This document shows, piece by piece, positions 41,117 through 55,045 of a DNA stretch of 64,000 bases (within the stretch, counting starts at the first letter, position 1; every line of letters begins with the position of its first letter). The stretch lies in assembly GCA_951406725.2 (NCBI GenBank), contig OX597825.1, positions 48,050,001-48,114,000 on the forward strand. Direction: 5' to 3'. This DNA is from Octopus vulgaris. Taxonomy: Eukaryota. Below the pieces are notes generated by a model that was not told where the DNA came from, searched no databases, and saw only the letters and a program-made list of their open reading frames with translations. The translations under genes were made by a program, and so were the position numbers.

Positions 41117-42252
41117 CTATACTTCCTCAATTCTTAGATTACCAATATATCTTTCATTGGCCTCAATTGTGACTGTTATGCTTTTGTCAGTGTCACGGCA
41201 TCTATATAGATGTTTTCTGAAGGAGGAGGCTCTCGTGTTCAGATGTTCTTTGATTCGGACGTGTAACGGTCTTGTTGTGCTACCCACATATAACTTGTTG
41301 CATTTGTTACATTGTATTCTATACACAACATTTACCCGTTGGCATAAATCTGTGTCACAGATGGGACAGTTTGCTAGTGTGCATTGATTGCTTTTCTTTG
41401 CTCGCTTCTTTGCGAGGTGTCTTCTCCGAAAGGGTCCGAAGTGGGCTAGTTGTATGTCTAGACCTCCTCTTATGGCTTTTCGGATGGCTGTAGTTACCCT
41501 CTCGCTAAAATGGGGTATTTTAAGGAAGCATGTGTTGCTGGGTTTTCTGTGTGTTCGGCGTGTTGGTCGTCTTGGGTACTTAAGCCGATTTACAATGAAT
41601 ATAGGGTACCCGTTGGTTTTCAATATCTCTGGGAGGCGTGTAGTGTGGGTCAACTTGTCCTCTATCCTGCTGCACTTGCTCTGGATGCGTGGAAGTTCAT
41701 TTCTGGCGTATCCTATTTTGCCACCGAGTGGAAATGCTGAACTGCATTGGACAAACATATCTCTACTAGCTGCTTTCCTGGAGAACTCGGTGTGGATCTC
41801 TCCTTCCGTAATTTTCAGATGGAAGTCAAGTAGCGATAGTGATCCAGTATTGTCGGGATGTTCTGTAGTGAACTTTATATTCGTGTCCATATTGTTGAAC
41901 GTCGTGAATAGTCTGTCAGCCCCTTCACGGGAGGATATGAGTATGAGGGTGTCATCTACGAACCTGGTAAAGAAGGCGCATGAGCGGCAAATGTTGAGTG
42001 CTCGGCGTTCCAGATGGTTCATATAGGTGGTGGCTAGTAGGCCCGAGATACTGGATCCCATGGGGAGACCTGTTGTCTGTTTGTATATATGATTATGGAA
42101 CGAGAAGTAGGTGTTGTCCACGATGATGTGTATCAGCTGTGGCGAGTCCGAAGCAGTGGATGTCGGACGCTACTATGCAGTCAGTCAATAGGTTGACCAC
42201 CGTGTGTGCTGGTACCGTTGTGTACATTGAGACAACGTCAAGACTAAAGGCA
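41117..42252 (-). mobile_element. Penelope-like element: RT plus GIY-YIG endonuclease
   Basis: SLDVVSMYT (frameshifted upstream), GLPMGS, RFVDD, SLSLLD, Cys-rich linker, NVVYRIQC..LYVGST..RIKEH. Confidence 0.9.
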
Positions 42253-42328
42253 TGTTTATATAAATTTTACATACATCTAAGCAGATATCTGCACACACAT
42301 ATGGACATATATATACACACTTACACAA

Positions 42329-42388
<60 letters not shown>

Positions 42389-42464
42389 GCACACACACAC
42401 TCACATATGCATATATAGACACAAAAAGCATACATGCACACAAACAGACATTTTTTCTCTTTTA

Positions 42465-42672
42465 CCTTTTCAATCACTAGATTGTGACCATGCTGGGATA
42501 CTTACTGCCTTGAAGAATTTTAGACGAACTAATCCATCCCAGTACTAATTTTGTTTTTTATTTTGTTTTTTTTTTGCAAGCCTGGTATTTATTTTATCGA
42601 TCGTGCCACGCAGTGGGACTAGACCCGGTGCCATGTGATTAGGAAGCAAATTTCTTACCACACCCGCGCCTA
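42465..42672 (-). mobile_element. Internally deleted SINE family A
   Basis: GTGCCACGCAGTGGGACT..CTTACCACAC head joined to 3' region. Confidence 0.6.
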
Positions 42673-42749
42673 TAAAATATGTAGTAGCTTACGTTGGGCG
42701 AGCGTGTTGTAGAGACCGCACAGGGCGGCCAAAATCCACGCTATCTTTT

Positions 42750-42781
<32 letters not shown>

Positions 42782-43697
42782 CATACATACATACATACAT
42801 ACATACATACATACATAGATTTTACATACATACATATATGCATACAAATACATGCATAGATATATATATACATAACGGCATACACGTATATTGGAACACA
42901 CGTGTAAAGTAGTGTGTGAAAAATAAATGAAGAAATATTTATAAATAGATGATCAAATGAATTACAAAAGTCTGAATAAATAGAGGTAATAAACATTTGA
43001 ATATATGAATAAGAAACCAATTGGGAGGAGAAACACCAGGTAATATAGAGGAAATGATTTTAAATTATTTTTAAATGAACGTACACTTTACACTCAAATG
43101 TGAGTTTACATATGTATCTTTGTATGTATGCAATGCACATTGTATAAACATGTACGTACAAGTATGCCGATACATACGCATACATATACACAAAGGCATA
43201 CTTATTCCTATATACAGACATGTACAACATAGACAATACAAGTACACTCTTGTAAACCAATGCATACATATACACGTCATCATACAGTACATATACCTTC
43301 ATATGCAAGTTCCCGAGTTGCTTGTTGCAGGGTGAGAGTTCAGGTTGTGTGGAAGGATAATGCACACTGTAATATCTGTAGTTCAGAATATGTTGTTTTG
43401 GAATGAGGATGTATGCGTAAAAGGATAGAAAAGGTGGTATTGCCAATGGTACAAAAGTTTTGAAGTTATTTGGTTTTCAATTTTTCAGTTTGGAATGGTT
43501 TTCTTTTATTTTTTAATTATTGTGCTTATTTTGCTTCGTCTTAGCTTGCCTGTTGCTATTGATTTCAGTGCTACAAATGGGGTTATAGAAGTTTTGTTTG
43601 TGGCTTTTAAGTGTAGCATAGTGTACGCGGTGTGTTATGCGTCGTCCGTGTTGGTTGTTAGTGCAAAGGTTTCGTGATGTTTAGAGCTGAATGTGTC

Positions 43698-44037
43698 ACT
43701 GGGATCATGGTGGTTTTCGTCACTGTTTACAATTATCTTTAAAAAGTTTTCTTAGTGTATCATGTAGTTGTAATTTTTGACGCTGATTCCGAATTTGTTA
43801 TTCATTTATTTCAAAAAAAATTGCAAAAATGTTACAGGTGTTCAAAGTTTGACATTTCGCTGACTGTGAAGTCTAAAATACTCGCTTCTGATTGGCTAAA
43901 ATACCCAAATTTTGCTAATTTTAAAGGCTAATAACTTTTTAATTATGGATTTATAGAAAAAAATGAACTTCATTTTCATAATTAGTATACAAAACTTAAT
44001 CCATATTCCAAATTTGAAAACAATTGGAGCAAAATTG
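43698..44037. mobile_element. CACTG-ended non-autonomous DNA transposon; right TIR missing in place
   Basis: Left end CACTGGGATCATGGTGGTTTTCGTCACTGTTT; the matching TIR survives only in the inverted copy at ~44927-44955. Confidence 0.55.
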
Positions 44038-44096
44038 TTATTGCATTCTTTCTTTCTTTTTGCTCTTAGGAGTACTCCAAATCCATTCAAACAACA

Positions 44097-45456
44097 TACG
44101 AGGGGTACTGAAAAAATTCCTGTCTTTAAGAGTTTCGCGAAAGAATAGAGCTGTTACTTTTACAGGGGATGTAGAACAACTACTTAGGAGATGATATGCA
44201 AAAAATCCTAGTGGCATACAATATATCTTTCACTTTTTTGCAGATTTAACGCATGATGGCAAACCCTACAGTGGATTTTGGTAAAATTGAAGCACAGATG
44301 GTCATGAAGCTCCTCTTTTTGCAAGGCAAAGGAGTGGCAGAAATCCATGGTGGGATGAAGGAAGTTTGAATGACGGCCGCCTATCTAACTCCACAGTGAA
44401 AATCTGGGTGTCAAGGTTTCGGACTGGTCATTTCGAGGTTACAGATTAACCTCAGCCTGGACGGCCAATTTCCGAGACCACAGAGACAAAGCCGATGCTG
44501 TGCATGTCGTGATTCTCAAGGACCATCGGATTTCAGTAAAAGCCATAGCCGAGACTCTTGGAATTTCCCGCGAAAGAGTTGACCACATCATCCACAACAT
44601 TCTGGACATGAGAAATCGTTCCACAAAATGGGTCTAGAAGTGCCAGAACGCAGAACAGAAGCGTATAAGAGTGACGATATTAAAGGCGATTTTAGACCAG
44701 TTTGACGCGGGAGAGGATGAATCTATGGCTCGTTTAGTTACCGCGAATGAACCCTGATTTCATCATTATAATCTCCAGACCAAGCAGCAATCAATGGAGT
44801 GGCGTCACAGCGGTTCACGACGTCCCAAGAAGTTTCGGACCCAGAAGTCAGTTGAAAGCGTTCTGACTCTAGTGTTCTGGGATTTGGAGTACTCCTAAAA
44901 GCAAAAAGAAAAAAGATGCAATGACAGGATCTTGGTGATTTTTGTCACTGTTTAAAATTTTGCTCCAATTGTTTTCAAATTTGGTATATGGATTAAGTTT
45001 TGTATACTAATTATTTTATGATTACTCCTCATAAAATAATTGCTAAAGGGTCGCACCGTAAATGCAGAATGCTACATGTCTCTGTTGGACGAACTGCGTG
45101 AAGTTTTGAAGCAGAAACGCCGTGGAAAGCTGAGCCATAGTGTCTTGTTTTTGCAGGACAATTCACCAGTACACACAGCATATGAAATTCTATGGAAAAT
45201 ACGCGACTTTGGCTTCGAATTGGTATACCACCCACCTTACTCTCCTGACTTGACCCCGTCCGGTTATCACTTCTTTCCACAACTGAAGAAACAGCTCAAG
45301 GGAACTAAATTTCACTCCGATTCAGAAGTGTTCGCTGCTACAAAGGCCTGTTTGGAGGCCCAAACTTCCCAGTTTTTTCTACAGGGCTTAGAAAAACTGA
45401 AGGACTGCGGCAATTTGTGTCTGAATCTGAGAGGGAAATATATTGAAAAATCGTAA
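44097..45456 (+). mobile_element. Decayed mariner with internal insertion
   Basis: TACGAGGGGTACTGAAAA 5' end; transposase fragments including LVFWD, FLQDN, HPPYSPDLTPSGY; no right TIR found. Confidence 0.85.
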
Positions 45457-45558
45457 TTAACTGATCCTCCTGTCACAGTAGGGTTAAACAACAACATGAA
45501 AGTGAATTAAAATATCTACTGACTTGACTTGAAAAGTGGTCAACCGTAAACTAAATAT

Positions 45559-45725
45559 TGGTTTCAAATGTTTACACAAGACCAGCAAATTCGGTGGAGA
45601 GGTAAGTCGATAACATTGACCCCAGTGCTCAGCTGGTACGTATTTTATCGACCTCGAAAAGCTCGGAAGAAATGCCGCTAAGACGTTTGTCCGGCGCTTA
45701 AAGATTCTGCCAACTCACCGCCTTA
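45559..45725 (-). mobile_element. SINE family B, internally deleted
   Basis: Reverse-complement match to 12126-12338. Confidence 0.65.
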
Positions 45726-45975
45726 CATGAACACAATATTAAAATATTATGATATATTGTTTACCATGATTATAGTGTTTACCGAAAGAGAGGGAGAGAG
45801 AAAGGAAGAAAGAGTGAATGTGTGCGTATCAACACATTATCTTTAGATCGAGACTTCAGTGAATTGTGACCAGTATTGTAGCTGACATTCACCAGTCTCA
45901 CGTGCTTCCTTGTCACATGGGCATTACTCTTCACGATAGTTTATAATGAACTGTGACTTTGTATGTGTGTTTGTA

Positions 45976-46068
<93 letters not shown>

Positions 46069-47589
46069 CTTTGCACGTGTGTACGTGCTCTTAAGTTATC
46101 TTTATAAGATTTCACCCTAGAACTGTTTATTTTCTTTCTCTGTTTCATACATGTTTAAGCGATATTTTGTGTGATTTCTTCAGAATATTAGAACGATGAA
46201 ATGTCTCTTAAATGCTGCAATAAAATAAACTAAACTGCAGCCACGTTTAACCGTTTTACTAATTGACACGGGCAATATTATTTCAATAGACAATCTCTAT
46301 TAAATATTTTTCTCTCAGGCTATTATTTAATTGTTGGCTGAAACAAGTGAAACCTCTCACAAGCAGCCTCTTCTCTGTCACATTCAATGTCTTGTTCGCA
46401 CACACAATAGAAAGGAAAAGAAAAATAGGTAATTAAAGGAAGGGAGACATGACTGCAAACCCTACAAGGACGCGGTAGTGTTTTAAACACTGTTTAAACC
46501 TTGTTTTTTGTTGAGTCATTTTCATGTCTGGTATCAGTGAACTAATTCTACGAAATGTACGAGTTGTTTTCTGTTGTCAACTGAATCCAATACACTTTAC
46601 TTACACTGTCATGGGAAAGGCATGAATGTCAGATAGTCTCAGTCATGCTTACAGGAAAACTATCGGAGACAAGTCTGTAACTAGGTTTCGATTTTCTATC
46701 ACTAAAACAGTTGAGAAACACATTAAAATCACTGAGTCATATACATAGACTGTCTAGTAAAATGTTCGTTTCGCCACTGCGAGGTTTCGGGTTCGTTCAG
46801 TATGCAGGACCTTCAGCTAGCATCATGGAGTACAAAGAATTGTGACTTTGGTATTTGTTTTTTTTTGCGAGTTAATACGTCATTTTGTACAACTCGAGTA
46901 GTTATAGCAGAGTGCACACTTTTAGAAATATTCGTATCAGATCTCTGGTGTAAGGATGATCTTTTCCATTCAGTCCTGGAAGTCTTGTAGAGAGCCATGA
47001 ATGTTACCATTCCGCCAGTAACTAAGCCATTATCAACAAAATATTCCCCACTTTCACTCCTAAATATTCAACACAAACCATTCTTAAATCAATCATTTTT
47101 TTCTTTGTTTTCCTTTGGACATACTTCCCATGCTCAAGAAAGACTGTTTAGGAGGTAAGTGCACCTTTTCCGTTTTCTTTTTACTTGTTTGTGTATTTTT
47201 GGTGGATAACTTTTTAAGAGGCACTTACTTGTTTATTTCAATTAGAGGGTCGGTTCCAAGACAGATCCCAAATCTGCATTGATTTCATAAATGCAGATTT
47301 TCATGAACTTTCAGACTCTTTCTTCATTAGTAATTTGACGATGGAAAGATTTTACCAGATATTTGCTATAGTTGGTCAGTTTCTGAGGCAGTCCTCTGTT
47401 ATACCATGCCAAGTCTTTTGGATAAGTCTTACGCAAATATCGAAGTTACAATCCAGTGAGCTACTTATTCTATGAGTATGCCTATAGTGGACCAGAAGGA
47501 TTATTACTCATACATCCTGTTACTTTAGTTTGAGTGGGGAGTTCAGCCTAAAAATCTAATTATTTCACTCTATAACATTGATTCTGATT

Positions 47590-48345
47590 AGTGAAAAACA
47601 CTTTCCCAATACTAAAGGGCAGAACATATGGGAGGATCCATGGCGTAGATGTTCTGGAAGGAAGGTAAGTTGACGCTCGTACTAGTAGAGCAAGACTGCC
47701 CTTAGCTAGATGAGGTATAGATAGCACCATGATAAGGTCCTCAAAGCATTAGATGATATCTGGGAATAGGAGAGACAGGAAAATACAAAACTCACGCGAG
47801 ATTGTCCCCGAATGTAGAGTTCATCAGTAAGTAGGAGAAGCCAATCGTGTTTAAAAAGAGTGAGAACCTCCCGTAGGCAGCACAATCACAGATGATGAGA
47901 GTGGACCTAGGAAAGAACCTTCACTTTATCCAAGGTTATCAAACATTCCTGAGGCCCGTCATAGTTATATGATCGGAGAAAATAAGAAAAACAACTGACA
48001 CTTCCGCTGGAAGAGGAATATGAGGTGGTTTCAGAGAAGAAAGTCACCAACTACCAAGAACTGGGTTAACAGTGCAAGGAAAAGATTTAAAAGTTTGGCT
48101 ATTTGAAGTTGAGGTTGGTCATATGGGTTTCTCGACAGTCTGCCTGGAAAATGCTTGTAGTTCTGGAAGTGGCAGGAAGGGAGAAGAAGAGCGCTGTTCG
48201 CAGATTGAAAAAGAAACTTGCCGGCATGAGAAACAAAAGAAGATGGCCATTGACTGACCATTACTTCCAACCTGCCAACTGAACGATGCTAAGGTTTAAG
48301 GCTGAAACGCAAGAGGAAAGTTGGATACCATCGGGTGACTTCTCT
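47590..48345 (+). mobile_element. Degenerate HERO/NeSL-like LINE 3' fragment
   Basis: RY..HDKVL, MRVDLGK and FEVEVGHMGF (cf. VEVGCRGF) remnants. Confidence 0.5.
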
Positions 48346-48733
48346 TGACTAAAATCTAGTCATGAGTTTGCATCTCTAGTAGTTGTATCTTATGCATATG
48401 TATATGAATGTATACATGCATATGCATCTATATGTATATATGTATGCATATATATGCTTGTACATATACGTGTAAAGTCATATTTAACACATTTCAGTGC
48501 ATTCGGACGTGGGCAAACCTTCCACTGCAGAAATAGTTCTGGGTGAAAATCGTCTAGACGACATGTTGAAAACATATATTAGGCGGTGAATGACGTCACC
48601 TTTCACTGTCTCAGGAGAAATTCTCATCCAAGATATATGGGAAATGCAATCAAATGCACTTGAACATCTTAAATATGACTTGGCAATTATATATCATATA
48701 TACATACATGTATACATATATAAGTATGTGTGC

Positions 48734-48771
<38 letters not shown>

Positions 48772-50346
48772 CTATATGTATACATTTGTGTGCGTGCGCG
48801 CGCGTGTCAATATCTGTATTTATATATTTGTGTATGTATGTATATATAATTGTGTGCATATAATGTGAAAAAGCAGGTTATATATTATTACGATTCTTCC
48901 TTAAGCAAATAAGATGACGCAGATGTAATCTTTGTTGATTCCTTAGTTTATGGAAATTTCATATGACTCTGATAGAAATGTTGTTTGTCTTTGACTAGTT
49001 ACTGAAACTTCACAGCTGCTCTGCTCAGTTATACACTAAAACTAAAACCTTTGTATTGATCATAGTCAATAATTTGTTTTTCATTTGACAAAAACCGAGT
49101 TTAACGACTTGAGCAGCTGTTGTCTCATGTTTACAAAAATACCCTCTCTTCACTTCTTTGCATGAAAATCATGAATAGATCTGGTTTGACGTCTAGCAGA
49201 GGTAAAGAAAACAAGGTTAACTGTATAACTGATACAGAAAATGAAATGTTAATATTACGGCAAATGTATTAAATTTCCAATGATTTCCATACATGTAAAC
49301 TAGAAATTGTTGAGCTTAAAGTTGCCCATTTTCTTTTATGATTTTTTTTCGTTACGGTGCCTGTCTGTTTAACATAGTTGATGTTTTTTCGGAGATCTAC
49401 TAGTTACTCCTGTGTGTCGACTTGAAAAGAACAACAATGATTAAAACGAATTAGATACGGTCGATATTTTTAACAAGGATAAGAATATTCATCAAAGATT
49501 AAGGAAATAGCAAAATTTAATTATCGAGACATTTCTGGAAGCTGTGATACCTTGTTTTGCAGAGTGGTCACAGGTGTTACGTTAATAGGATTAGCAAAAG
49601 TCAGAGAGCTTGGCTTGTGAAGGTCACCGAGAAAAGCGGTCGCTAAATCGATTTTAAAAAAAGAATTGCAAGAATCGATATTCATTTTTGTTTTCTTTCG
49701 TTTCTCCTCCTTTCTGTCCTATAACAAATAGATTGCTGGAATATTTAAACTAATTTTAACTAATTCTTAGAGAGTTTAGATAAGTAAATCAGACAAACGA
49801 ACATAAAGTGGGTCGTTCGAACCCTGTCTATGGAACATCTTGTGTCTATGGGCCAAGGCATTGCTCTCAGCTGGTAATTTTTATTGGAAATAACAGCATA
49901 CTAGGAACATCTCTCAGTTGAAGGCAGATGTATCAATATAAACTAACGAGTGGTTTATTAACTGAAAGCGTTGAGTGTCCAGACAATATCAGGGAAAGAC
50001 CAGACACACTACAAATTAACTACGTCCTTCTCATTATTGGGTTCACTCTCCAGTTTTAACTGCAAATCTGTGAATACCTGCCTACCTACATACCTACCTA
50101 CATACATACATACATACATACATACATACATGCATACATACATACTTGCATGCATACACACGCATACATATATAATGCTTGCACACACACATACACATAC
50201 ATGTGATACATGTGTATGTGTGTATTTGTGTGCATACACGTATGTGAGTATCTGTATATATTCGAGTTTGTATATATATACATATATACATGTGTGTGTA
50301 TGTCTGCATGTATGTATGTATGTATGTATGTATGTATGTATGTATG

Positions 50347-50403
<57 letters not shown>

Positions 50404-50404
50404 C

Positions 50405-51120
50405 AAAATGAGATAACAAAGCCAAGGCTGTGAGGAGTTTTCAGAACATTTATTAGGAAAAAAGATATAGATATAATCTTACAGCTGTTTTGGGGATATT
50501 ATGGATATTATGGATATCCCTTTATCAGAGATGATGTGAGGTAGTTAAATAGAGGTAAACATTTGAGTTCGAAATTTGGAATTATTATGAAAAAGGATGG
50601 GATAGAAAATATAGAGGGAAATAAGAGAATGACGGCAGAAGTAAAATATAAAATATATAAAGATATTGTAGCTGCAATTCCATTATTTGAGGAAAGTAGT
50701 GTATAGAAGTGGTAAAAAGTTTCCTGTAAGTTCCAATAGTAGTTCATGTTTGGTCATTTCAGAGTATAGAGTCGTGGATAGATATGGCGTGGGGAGAGAT
50801 GTGTATGATAGAAGAAATATATTAAAATGAAAACAGTAAGAGAAAATGAGAGAAGAGAGATAAAAGAGAGAAAAGTGAAAAGAGTGAAAAAAAAAGTGAA
50901 GGATGAAAGAAGTGAGAAAAGGAGTGTTGGTTGGTGGCCAAGATAATGTGTGGGGAGGATGGGAGAGGAGTGGGGTAGGGATATGAAGAGATGAGAAGGC
51001 AAGAAGTGAATAAGTGTAAGAGATGTAAGTAGAGATGATATGACAGCTTCGTTAAGGGATGGGTAGAGGAAAGGTATGTGTGGGGTGATGCCAAAGTGAG
51101 TAGTAGTTTTAGTAGTAATA
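50405..51120 (-). mobile_element. Penelope-like pLTR copy with decayed hammerhead
   Basis: Starts at (AT)n with AATGAGATAA..CCAAGGCTGTG as at 12596, 53820 and 55121-55152; minus-strand CTGATAA..AAAA-CAGCTG-TA at ~50476-50532. Confidence 0.6.
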
Positions 51121-51134
51121 TATATATATACATA

Positions 51135-51987
51135 TATTATAAGAAATGAGGTACTCAGAAATTCGGATGGTTTTATATTTACAGATATTTATTTGTATAT
51201 TACGTGTTTTTATACATCATATAACTTAGATCATATATTAGCGCTTTCTCCCATTCTAGTGGGGTTTTCAAATCGAACTAAGTTCCTGTGAAAAAGTTTT
51301 GACCATTTTATAGTGTTATTGAGTTTGTAGTGGTGGTGGGGATATAAGATAGTACAAGAGGGTGATGAATGAGGAGAAAGTGTGAGAGAGAGAGAGCATG
51401 TGTGTATGTGTGTGTGTGTGTGTGTGTGCGTGTGTGTGCGTGTGTGTGCGTGTGTGTGTGTTTTTGCATTTGGAAGGACTGTTAAGGAAAAAGAGGGGAG
51501 GGGAGAAAAGAGAGAGAGGGAAGAAGAAAAAATGTTTTGCTGGTATCTATTGTGAAGTTGATAGATGTTGGTCAGGGTGCTTACTCCAAGAGGGGTCTAA
51601 GATCTTGGGGAAAAGAATTTAAGTTTTGACCATTTTGTAGTGTTATTGAGTGTGTAGTGGCGGGGAGGGATATAAGATAGTACAAGAGGGTAGTGAGTGG
51701 GGAGAAGGTGAGAGAGAGCATGTGTGTGTGTGTTTTTGTATCTGGAGGAAGTGTTAGAAAAGAAGAAGAAAAGGAAGGAAGGGGAGGGAAAATAGACCAT
51801 AAATTATATTACCTCTTTATCATTGTCTTGTGAGAGAGAGTGTGTGTGTGTTTAAGGAGGAATGGTCAAGCTGTTAAGAGCAATCAGTGCCACTTTTGTT
51901 TTTATTTATTTGCAACTGTAAATGGTTTTTGGTTTTTAGAAAATGGCGATTTCAAAGAAGACTTGTCCGGAATTCTTTTTATTATTG

Positions 51988-52025
<38 letters not shown>

Positions 52026-52325
52026 AATACAGTTTACTTAACAAATTTGGTCCTTCATCTGGTACAGCTTATTATAGAGATATTTTCAGTCATTCAATTT
52101 GGGGGAGAACTTAGTCATGAAATATTTTTCCATATTCCTCCTGAAGGAGGTGTCATTCTTTGGACATTTGTAGAAGGGAAAGATCTTAAATTTTCCTTCT
52201 CCACATGTATCTAGGTGTTTACTCAGTGGTATATTGTGCAGTTCCTCCTGTCGGACATGTTGTCGGTGAATCCTGGCTCGTTGGCATAAAGAATTTCCAG
52301 TTTCACCTATGTAATCCTCCTTGCA
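51135..52325 (-). mobile_element. 5'-truncated Penelope-like element with tandem ~325-bp pLTR repeats
   Basis: GIY-YIG C-terminus at 52086-52325; AAGTTTTGACCATTTT unit repeated at ~51294 and ~51621. Confidence 0.8.
52086..52325 (-). pseudogene. GIY-YIG endonuclease C-terminal fragment (not in the ORF track)
   Basis: Hand translation: [54 protein letters not shown]. Confidence 0.85.
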
Positions 52326-52326
52326 C

Positions 52327-52400
<74 letters not shown>

Positions 52401-52412
52401 ATGTATTTATGC

Positions 52413-52450
<38 letters not shown>

Positions 52451-52464
52451 TGGTATATTGCTTT

Positions 52465-53520
52465 ATTGTTTCATTGTTTTATTCGTTTCAGCCATGCGGT
52501 TGCGGTCATGCTGGAGTACCACTGGGGTCTTTTTGGTTTCTTCAGTCCGGAGTGTTTCACATCACCACTTCTGTATGTGCATTTGTGCCAGCTGTTGGTC
52601 TATTTGGTGTATAAGTGAGTTTGATTCTGCTGCCCTCGTATGCACCTCATGTTGAACTGTTGGTTCATCTAGTATTGTGGACAGGAGGATCTCTAGTTGC
52701 TTTTTGAAGACATTTGCTTCCCCCTTATGCTAATTTCTTAATTTTTGTGGCAGGGCGTTGAAGAACTGTGGGCCTTTGAACCCTAGACTATTGCAGTACC
52801 TTGTCCTAAATTTAGATGGAATGGATGCTACCTTTAGTACAATACAATGGCGGCAAAGGTCTGGCATTTGTATACCACTCAATGCCGATATTAGTTAGTA
52901 GCGCTTCTACAATTTTCCATATGTAGATTATTACATACCTCTCACGCCTTCGCTCCAGGAAGTAAAATTTGCCTTGAAGCAAAGCAAGTGACCAAGAAAC
53001 TATTTGTCCTCGGCCGCTTTGACTACTGCCTCTTGTTATGGTCACCACATAGTGCCAAACTAACAGCGAAGCTTGATGCATTCCAATACCACTACATTGA
53101 AAAGACTGAAACATTGCAGCGGATGAGCTACAGGGAAAGGCTGAGAAAGCTACAACTTTACTTCCTGGAGCGAAGGCGTGAGAGGTATGCAATAATCTAC
53201 ATCCATCCTGCCAGCTGTCTGCACTTCGCTGCTATCTTGGTAATGTGCATATGAAATGATGCATCATTTCACATACCGATCACTAAGACTTTCACTACCT
53301 GTGACTTCAGGATTGTAATGCCTTTCAATCCTGTATATACAGGCTGTGGAGCATTCATGTGTTGATAGTGCAGTACTTGAAATTTCCCTGCATTAAACTG
53401 CATGTCGTTTATTTCAGCCCACTTGTATATCGAATTTAGCTCCCGCTGTAAGGTTGCGACGTCATCTTGATTTTTTTTTATTGCCTTTGATAATTTTGTC
53501 TCATCAGCATAGTTAGTGAC
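52465..53520 (-). mobile_element. CR1-group LINE 3' portion with internal inversion
   Basis: Minus: YADETKL..WAEINDMQFN, then LERRRERY..GPQFFNALP..RAAESNSL; the piece DYCLLLWSPH..YRERL (52988-53203) is on the plus strand. Confidence 0.8.
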
Positions 53521-53704
53521 AGTGGCTCACCGATTGTACTGTATGTATATATATACATATATGTGTGTGTGTGTGTGTGTGTAAAGGTAAGTTTAGATAT
53601 ATATGTATGTGTGTGTAAATATATATATATATATATGTATATATGCAGGTAAGTTTAGATATATATGTGTGTGTGTATATATGTTTGTATGTATGTGTAT
53701 ATGT

Positions 53705-53793
<89 letters not shown>

Positions 53794-53891
53794 TGTGTAT
53801 GTATGTATATATATTAACAGAATGAGATAAAAATCCAAGGCTGTGAAACAACCCCAACAGAATTAAATTTATGTCTTATAATTCTAAGATT

Positions 53892-54260
53892 AAGAATTCC
53901 ATATACCAATGTAAAATTTCTTACGGTACCGATGTCTAATTCTACATTGGCGCATCCTCTTCCCAGTTATCTAAGAGGATTTCTAATCATTATTCTTCAT
54001 TTAAGGATAGCAGTAAACGTTATAGCACAGGGCTAAGTAAATTGGTTTGGTATCTTAAAGACAACAATAAAGATTTTTAGTTAGATTGGTTCATCCTGTC
54101 CATATCTTTCCCCTGTGATAAGGGCAAAGGATTTTGTAACATTTGCAACTCTGAACTCTTCCATATTCTCTTCTCTAAGAATCACCTTCTTAACACACTT
54201 ATAGAGCGATCTTACAAATGTAAATACTGGCAGAAACATACCTTTAGCTCATATAAGTGA
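53892..54260 (+). pseudogene. GIY-YIG endonuclease with two stops (not in the ORF track)
   Basis: Hand translation: KNSIYQCKISYGTDV*FYIGASSSQLSKRISNHYSSFKD..STGLSKLVWYLKD..FCNICNSE. Confidence 0.82.
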
Positions 54261-54663
54261 TTTTACCAGTCTTTATAGATTGAGCATTTAGTTCAACTTG
54301 CACTTTACTTCAAAAGAGAAATCTACTTCCAAGCCTTTGAACTTTATTTTTAACCAATATATCCCTCTTTATTTGTTCTCTACTTATTATTTCTTTACCC
54401 CCTTTCTTTCTAGGGTCTGCCTTTGACGTCGGATCTACTAACGTTTTTCTTTTAAATACTTAATAGCGTTCTGTTTATCATTTATGCAGTCATCAAAATT
54501 GTTATAATGTCTTGTTGTTGCGATAGGTTCTCTTTCTTTCTTGATGAGAAGATTGCAATATTTTATACAGTTTATTCCTTTGGAATAAAACCAATGTTGT
54601 TTTCGAAACATATGTCGAAAGTAAAGGAATTTGAATAGCATCTGCGTTCAACTCCATTTATTT

Positions 54664-54746
<83 letters not shown>

Positions 54747-54749
54747 TAG

Positions 54750-54823
<74 letters not shown>

Positions 54824-55045
54824 GATTCCTGGTATATAAATAAGATTCCAATAGTACCTTAAATACTATTGGCACTTACTCACACGGTACAGGAATCTTA
54901 TATATATATATATATCCCCCTGCCTAACTAATGGAACTACAGATACAAAATACCTGCATATCTCACGTCTATTTTCATTCCTCCACTTCACTCTCTATTT
55001 CATACCCTATCTAGAATAACTATTGCTTAACCATCTTCTCACACC

